Positions 58,398 to 64,000 of a stretch of DNA of 64,000 nt are shown one piece after another. The stretch is from Verrucomicrobiia bacterium (lineage in GTDB: Bacteria > Verrucomicrobiota > Verrucomicrobiia > Limisphaerales > UBA1319). How positions within the stretch are numbered: position 1 is the stretch's first letter; each line of letters begins with the position of its first letter. The stretch is from contig OY760937.1 of NCBI GenBank assembly GCA_963664225.1, positions 3,008,001-3,072,000 on the forward strand, given 5' to 3'. The notes beneath the pieces were generated by a model, which did no database searches, was not told the DNA's origin, and worked only from the letters and a program-made list of their open reading frames with translations. The position numbers were made by a program, and so were the translations under genes.

Positions 58398-58429
58398 CTC
58401 GAACGATATATCGTTCGAGCGAAATATCG
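58398..58429. promoter_or_regulatory. Perfect 22-bp palindrome plus adjacent related site, candidate activator-binding sites
   Basis: CTCGAACGATATATCGTTCGAG (58398-58419) then CGAAATATCG (58420-58429). Confidence 0.7.
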
Positions 58430-58501
58430 CACCTTAGCTAATTCCCCATAATTTTGTCGATATGCCCTTACCATCAATAGTTTACATCGTTATAATCGGC
58501 C

Positions 58502-58517
58502 TGGCACAGATAATGAT
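58502..58517 (+). promoter_or_regulatory. Candidate sigma-54 promoter with variant -12 box
   Basis: TGGCACAGATAATGAT: perfect -24 TGGCAC, -12 reads ATGA instead of TTGC; 22 bp before the thioredoxin ATG. Confidence 0.5.
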
Positions 58518-58539
58518 TATTTAACGGTGAAGGTAACTA

Positions 58540-58929
58540 ATGAACGATAATACGAACGAAACACCGATCCGCCGGATCGCTGAAAAGGACTTCGAGTTGG
58601 AAGTTCTGCGGGCGAAGCTGCCGGTATTGGTGGCGTTCGAGGCGCCGTGGAGTCGCCCCTGTCATGTGCTTTTGCCGGTGATGGCTGAAGTGACGACCGC
58701 GTGTTGCGACAAAGTGAAGTGTTTCACGGTCAATGTGGATGACAATCCCGACCTTGGTTTGTGGTATGGGATTCGGTCCATTCCCACTCTGGTTTTTTTC
58801 CTCAACGGGAAGATACGGGACAAGATCGTCGGAACGGCCACCAAGGAAGCGATTCTATGCAAACTGCAGACAGTCTTCCAGCGTGGTGAATCGACAACTC
58901 CGCCTCCTGAATCAGATCACGAAATATGA
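58540..58929 (+). CDS. Thioredoxin-like protein with WSRPC (SxxC) site
   Basis: PVLVAFEAPWSRPC, VNVDDNPDL..YGIRSIPTL.FF.NG. Confidence 0.9.
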   Translation: MNDNTNETPIRRIAEKDFELEVLRAKLPVLVAFEAPWSRPCHVLLPVMAEVTTACCDKVKCFTVNVDDNPDLGLWYGIRSIPTLVFFLNGKIRDKIVGTATKEAILCKLQTVFQRGESTTPPPESDHEI

Positions 58930-59249
58930 GCGGTACTACTTGTGAGCCTCATCCTAAAGAACCGGTGTCCCGTTACTCAGCGAAACGGACGCGGCATCAT
59001 ATTGATTTCTTCTGCCATGCGCCCGGCGCAAAGCAGGTCAGCCTCGCGGGAGATTTTAACGATTGGCAACCAATGGCAAATCCCATGCAACGGATGCCGG
59101 ATGGAAACTGGATGCTCAGTCTTGAACTTTCCCACGGTTACCATCAATATGTATTTTTGGTGGATGGACGTTCGGTACTGGATCAGAACGCCACAGGCAC
59201 GGCGCGCAACGAGCGTAATGAACCGGTATCGTTGATCGCGGTCAGTTGA
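58926..59249 (+). CDS. Stand-alone CBM48/AMPK-beta-like glycogen-binding domain protein
   Basis: APGAKQVSLAGDFNDW...PM...G.W...L.HGYHQYVFLVDG; 4-bp overlap with thioredoxin. Confidence 0.88.
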   Translation: MSGTTCEPHPKEPVSRYSAKRTRHHIDFFCHAPGAKQVSLAGDFNDWQPMANPMQRMPDGNWMLSLELSHGYHQYVFLVDGRSVLDQNATGTARNERNEPVSLIAVS

Positions 59250-59330
59250 AATCCCCCGTAAACTCCACCTTTAACACGGAGCCATACTTTGAAATTTCGA
59301 AATAATATCCACTCATCCGCAATTGTTCCT

Positions 59331-60548
59331 ATGCAACTTAATAACCAGGCTCATCATTTTACGACTCATTGGAAAGCGCTCCTGGCAGCCCTCTTGTGTG
59401 GGTTGACCCTGACCGCCTGCAAGCGCCAGGCCCAGGCTCCCATGACACCCCCCACGCCGGAAGTGGCGACGGTGACCGTAGCGCGGCAGAAGATCACCCT
59501 GACCACGGACTTGCCCGGGCGCACCTCCCCATTTCGCATCGCGGAAATACGGCCGCAGGTCAACGGCCTGATCCTGAAACGCTTATTCACGGAAGGTTCC
59601 GACGTCAAGGAAGGGCAGGAATTATACCAGATCGATCCCGCCCCGTTCCAGGCCGCGCTTGACAATGCCATGGCGGCGCTGGGGAGGTCGGAGGCAAACC
59701 TGCCTTCCATTCAGTCCAGGGTGAACCGTTATAAAGAAGCCCTGGCCGACAAGGCGGTCAGCAAACAGGATTTCGAAGATGCCGATGCCGCCCTGAAACA
59801 GGCGACGGCCGATGTTCAGTATTATAAGGCGATGGTGGCGACGGCGACCATCAATCTCAAATACGCCCATGTGGTCTCGCCGATCTCCGGTCGCATCGGC
59901 ATGTCCACCGTGACGGATGGCGCCATCGTCACCGCGTATCAGCCCGTGGCACTCGCGACCATCCAGCAACTGGATCCCATCTATGTGGATGTGCCCCAGT
60001 CCACCTTTGAGCAACTCCATTTGAAGGAGCATTTGGATGCCGGTCACATCAATCGCGACGGAACGAACCAGAACCAGGTGCAACTCATTCTCGAAGACGG
60101 CTCGGCATATCCCCTGGAAGGAACACTTCAATTCCGTGACATCTCGGTCGATCCGACGACCGGTTCTGTGATTTTGCGGATGGTGTTTCCCAATCCAAAC
60201 CGGGTTCTGCTTCCAGGAATGTTTGTCAGGGCGATCGTCAAGGAAGGGGACACCGACCAGGCGATCCTGATCCCGCAGCAATCGGTTTCACGCGATCCCA
60301 AGGGCAATCCTGTGGCGTTGATTGTGGGCGCGGAAGGCAAGGTCGAATCGCGGATGCTCACGGTGGAACGCACCATCGGCGATCAATGGCTCGTCACCTC
60401 CGGGCTTCAACCTGGCGACAAGGTGATCGTGGAAGGCATGCAAAAAGTGCGGCCAGGCGTCCCGGTCAAAGAGGTCCCCTTTGTGGCCGGTCAGAAGCCG
60501 CAGGCGGCGCCCGCAAAAAAGGTGGAATCGGTTTCAACTTCGAAATAA
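59331..60548 (+). CDS. acrA: AcrA/MexA-family RND membrane fusion lipoprotein
   Basis: Lipobox LTAC; LPGRT..RIAEIRPQV.G, LYQIDP, SPISGRIG, QQLDPIYVD, LLPGMFVRA. Confidence 0.94.
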   Translation: MQLNNQAHHFTTHWKALLAALLCGLTLTACKRQAQAPMTPPTPEVATVTVARQKITLTTDLPGRTSPFRIAEIRPQVNGLILKRLFTEGSDVKEGQELYQIDPAPFQAALDNAMAALGRSEANLPSIQSRVNRYKEALADKAVSKQDFEDADAALKQATADVQYYKAMVATATINLKYAHVVSPISGRIGMSTVTDGAIVTAYQPVALATIQQLDPIYVDVPQSTFEQLHLKEHLDAGHINRDGTNQNQVQLILEDGSAYPLEGTLQFRDISVDPTTGSVILRMVFPNPNRVLLPGMFVRAIVKEGDTDQAILIPQQSVSRDPKGNPVALIVGAEGKVESRMLTVERTIGDQWLVTSGLQPGDKVIVEGMQKVRPGVPVKEVPFVAGQKPQAAPAKKVESVSTSK

Positions 60549-60560
60549 CGGAGGCACGCA

Positions 60561-63500
60561 ATGCTATCAAGATTCTTCCTCCAGCGTCCTGTGTTCGCCT
60601 GGGTCATCGCCATCATCCTGATGGTGGCGGGTGGTCTGGCGATTCACAACCTGCCCATATCCCAGTATCCGCCGATCGCACCCCCGTCGATCGCCATTAC
60701 GGCGTTCTATCCTGGCGGTTCTGCGGAAACAGTTGAAAACAGTGTCACCCAGATCATCGAGCAGAAGATGACCGGGTTCGACAAGATGCTCTACCTCTCG
60801 GCGAGCAGCGAATCGTCCGGCGCTTCCCGAGTCGAACTCACCTTTGCCCCGGGAACGGATCCCGACATGGCCTGGTCGCAGGTGCAGAACAAGCTTCAAC
60901 TGGCCATGGCGAGCCTGCCTGAAGTAGTGCAGCGCCAGGGTGTGCGCGTCAGCAAGAGCACGCGCAACTTCCTGTTGGTTGTGGGAATGATTTCGGAGGA
61001 TGGGAGCATGGACGGAAACGACCTGCGCGATTACGCCCAGTCCAACCTGGAGAAGGTGCTCTCACGGGTGCCGGGCGTGGGTGAGGTTCAGGTCTTCGGC
61101 AGTCAATACGCCATGCGCGTTTGGCTCAACTCGGACAAGATGAATGAATTCAAGATGACGATTGAAGATGTCGTCACGGCGATGCGGGCTTACAATGTGG
61201 AAGTTTCCGCAGGCCAATTCGGCGGCGCGCCTGCAGTGCCCGGCCAGCGGTTGAACGCGAGCATCGTCGTCCAGAGTCTGCTCAAGACACCCGAGGAGTT
61301 TGCCTCGATTCCCATCCGCACCAATCCGGATGGTTCCGTCGTTCGCGTCAAAGATGTGGGCCGTACGGAACTGGGGACGGAGTCTTACGATGTGGATGTC
61401 TATTATAATGGGAAACCCTCCTCCGCACTGGCCATCCGACAATCGGCCGGCGCCAATGCGCTCGAGACGGCGGACAATGTCAGGGCCAAGATGAAGGAGT
61501 TGAGCGCCTTTTTCCCAACCGGAATGAGAGTCGTTTATCCCTATGACACAACACCCTTTGTGAGAGTCGCCATTGGCGAAGTGGTCAAGACCCTGCTGGA
61601 GGCCATTCTGCTGGTGTTCCTGGTGATGTATCTGTTTATGGGAAACATGCGGGCGACGCTGATCCCGACCATCGCTGTGCCGGTGGTCATCCTGGGAACG
61701 TTCGCGGTGCTGGGATTTTTCGGTTTTTCCATCAACATGCTCACGATGTTCGCCATGGTGCTGGCCATCGGCCTGCTGGTGGACGACGCCATCGTGGTGG
61801 TGGAAAACGTGGAACGCATCATGAGCGAGGAGGGACTTTCACCCATGGAGGCCACGCGCAAGTCCATGGACCAGATTACCAGCGCATTGATCGGCATTGG
61901 CCTGGTCCTCTCGGCGGTGTTTGGACCGATGGCGTTTTTCGGTGGGTCCACCGGTGTCATTTACCGGCAATTTTCCATCACCATCATGGCGGCCATGCTT
62001 CTTTCGGTTGTTGTGGCCCTGGTGCTGACGCCGGTGTTGTGCGCGTCCCTGCTCAAGGCGGTGCCCAAGGGGCATGAGCCTGCGGAAGCAGGGATTTCAT
62101 TCATGCGCCCGTTCTTCCGCTGGTTTGACCGCCTCTTTTTTGGGGCCAGGGAGCATTACCTGCTCCAGGTGGGCCGTTCGCTCACTCACAAGGCGCGCTA
62201 CCTGGTGATCTTTGTCCTGATCGTGGTGGCGATGGGATTCCTATTCCGACGGATGCCCACGGCTTACCTTCCGGACGAAGACCAGGGGATATTGATGGTT
62301 CAAGCCATTCTCCCGGCCAATTCGACCCTGGAACAAACCAAGGAGGTGATGAATCAAGTTCGAGAGCATTTCATGGTTGCCGAGAAAGATGTCATCGAAT
62401 CGTGCATGACCATTTCGGGCTTTAGCTTCTCCGGTCAGGGACAGAACTCAGGCATGTCCTTCGTCAAATTGAAGGACTGGAAGCTCCGCGAACGGCCGGA
62501 TATGAAGGTCATTCCCGTGGCCGGGCGAGCCATGGGAGCATTCTCCCAGATTCGCAACGCCATGGTGTTTGCCTTTGCGCCACCGGCGGTCATCGAACTG
62601 GGCATTTCCAAGGGATTCGATTTTCAGTTGCTCGATCGTGGTGGACTCGGGCACGCCCAATTGATGGGCGCCCGCAACCAACTTCTGGGGATGGTCGCAA
62701 CAAGTCCGGTGTTGACCAAGGTGCGTCCCAACGGACTGGAAGATGTGCCCGAATACCGGGTGGATGTGGATTGGGAGAAGGCGGGCGCCTTGGGTGTTCC
62801 CATCACCTCGATCCATAATACAATCGCGGCCTCTTTTGGCAGCGCCTATGTCAATGACTTCATTCAGGGCGGTCGGGTAAAGAGGGTGTATGCCCAGGCC
62901 GACGCGCCGTTCCGCATGTTGCCCAAGGACCTGGAGCGCCTTTACGTTCGCAATAGCGCGGGCAGGATGGTTCCTTTCTCCGCGTTTGCCTCCAACCACT
63001 GGACCTCCGGTTCGCCGAAGCTCGAGCGTTTTAATGGATTTCCGTCGTTGAACATTGTGGGTGAAGCCGCACAGGGAAGAAGTTCCGGAGAGGCCATGCA
63101 GACGATGCAGGATTTCGTGAAGAACCTTCCACAGGGAGTCGGCTATGACTGGACCGGGCTTTCCTACCAGGAGCGCCAGGCCAGCGCCCAAACCGGACTG
63201 CTTTATTCCTTTTCCATTCTGGTTATCTTCCTGTGCCTTGCGGCGCTGTATGAGAGTTGGCCGATCCCCATCTCGATTCTGATGGCGCTGCCTCTAGGCG
63301 TCATTGGCGGTGTGATCGGCACCACGATGCGGGGATTGCCCAATGACGTTTATTTCCAGATCGGGTTGTTGACCACACTGGGTCTGACGACAAAGAACGC
63401 CATTCTGATCGTCCAGTTCGCCAAGGCGCGCGTGGATGAAGGGATGGGCATGATCCCGGCGACACTGGAGGCGGCGAAACTGAGGTTACGTCCCATTGTC

Positions 63501-63734
63501 ATGACCTCTCTGGCCTTCGGTTTCGGCGTGCTGCCGCTGGCCTTTGCGAACGGCGCGGGCGCAGGCGCCCAGATGGCCATCGGCACCGCGGTGCTGGGTG
63601 GCGTGGTAACCTCCACATTCCTGGTGACTTTGTTTGCGCCACTATTCTATGTGTTGATCCAAACCACCTTTGGCAAAAAGAGAACGGCGGCGGCAGCCAC
63701 AGGCGGCGAGACAAACTCTTCTGCGAATCATTAA
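60561..63734 (+). CDS. acrB: AcrB/MexB-family (HAE1) RND efflux permease
   Basis: RPVFAWVIAI, QYP.IAPP, GLLVDDAIVVVENVER, KNAILIV, RLRPIVMTSLAF. Confidence 0.96.
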   Translation: MLSRFFLQRPVFAWVIAIILMVAGGLAIHNLPISQYPPIAPPSIAITAFYPGGSAETVENSVTQIIEQKMTGFDKMLYLSASSESSGASRVELTFAPGTDPDMAWSQVQNKLQLAMASLPEVVQRQGVRVSKSTRNFLLVVGMISEDGSMDGNDLRDYAQSNLEKVLSRVPGVGEVQVFGSQYAMRVWLNSDKMNEFKMTIEDVVTAMRAYNVEVSAGQFGGAPAVPGQRLNASIVVQSLLKTPEEFASIPIRTNPDGSVVRVKDVGRTELGTESYDVDVYYNGKPSSALAIRQSAGANALETADNVRAKMKELSAFFPTGMRVVYPYDTTPFVRVAIGEVVKTLLEAILLVFLVMYLFMGNMRATLIPTIAVPVVILGTFAVLGFFGFSINMLTMFAMVLAIGLLVDDAIVVVENVERIMSEEGLSPMEATRKSMDQITSALIGIGLVLSAVFGPMAFFGGSTGVIYRQFSITIMAAMLLSVVVALVLTPVLCASLLKAVPKGHEPAEAGISFMRPFFRWFDRLFFGAREHYLLQVGRSLTHKARYLVIFVLIVVAMGFLFRRMPTAYLPDEDQGILMVQAILPANSTLEQTKEVMNQVREHFMVAEKDVIESCMTISGFSFSGQGQNSGMSFVKLKDWKLRERPDMKVIPVAGRAMGAFSQIRNAMVFAFAPPAVIELGISKGFDFQLLDRGGLGHAQLMGARNQLLGMVATSPVLTKVRPNGLEDVPEYRVDVDWEKAGALGVPITSIHNTIAASFGSAYVNDFIQGGRVKRVYAQADAPFRMLPKDLERLYVRNSAGRMVPFSAFASNHWTSGSPKLERFNGFPSLNIVGEAAQGRSSGEAMQTMQDFVKNLPQGVGYDWTGLSYQERQASAQTGLLYSFSILVIFLCLAALYESWPIPISILMALPLGVIGGVIGTTMRGLPNDVYFQIGLLTTLGLTTKNAILIVQFAKARVDEGMGMIPATLEAAKLRLRPIVMTSLAFGFGVLPLAFANGAGAGAQMAIGTAVLGGVVTSTFLVTLFAPLFYVLIQTTFGKKRTAAAATGGETNSSANH

Positions 63735-63735
63735 C

Positions 63736-64000
63736 ATGAACAAGAACCTTATTCTTTTGCTGGTTGGAATCGCCAGCGTCCCGGCCGCCTGCACCCTGGC
63801 TCCCAAGTATTCGCGTCCACAGGCTCCGGTGCCTGCGGCATGGCCCGCTGGCGGGGCTTATACGGAAGCGCTGGCATCAACCAACGCCACGGAAGTACCG
63901 AATCTGCGATGGCAGGAATTCTTCTCGGACGAGAAGCTTCAAAAAGTCATCGGCACCGCCCTGACGAACAACCGCGACCTGCGGCTGGCCGCCTTGAATG
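63736..64000 (+). CDS. OprM/NodT-family outer-membrane efflux lipoprotein, truncated by window end
   Basis: MNKNLILLLVGIASVPAACTLAPKYSRPQAPVP...WQEFFSDEKLQKVI..AL.NNRDLRLAALN. Confidence 0.9.
   Translation, partial: MNKNLILLLVGIASVPAACTLAPKYSRPQAPVPAAWPAGGAYTEALASTNATEVPNLRWQEFFSDEKLQKVIGTALTNNRDLRLAALN

Overview
High-GC bacterial chromosomal window. Gene content (an ECF sigma with a long C-terminal extension, a PEP-CTERM-type tail, large secreted glycoside hydrolases) suggests a Verrucomicrobia/PVC organism; this is an inference. In order: a copper module (Tat-exported multicopper oxidase, cusB, cusA); a REP-associated tyrosine transposase (RAYT) with same-orientation REP hairpins and a 242-bp tandem array; a PAS kinase / decayed response regulator / DMT / GH38-like / GH127 run; a second GH127; a type II secretion-like cluster (gspEFGHIJK, L/M/C-like) whose secretin appears split into two separately exported proteins, led by a Spy/CpxP/ZraP-like gene under a clear sigma-54 promoter and followed by its own sigma-54 two-component system; a repeat-rich region (DEDDh exonuclease, GH43, DUF559 nuclease between direct repeats, GH106, two attC-like cassettes); sppA, a TPR protein, a giant hybrid kinase, nfeD, a DUF362 protein, an ECF sigma; and a Cys-motif GAF sigma-54 activator divergent from an SxxC thioredoxin, CBM48 protein and AcrAB-OprM-like pump. 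No rRNA, tRNA or CRISPR was found. All family calls come from motif recognition by eye, not database searches.
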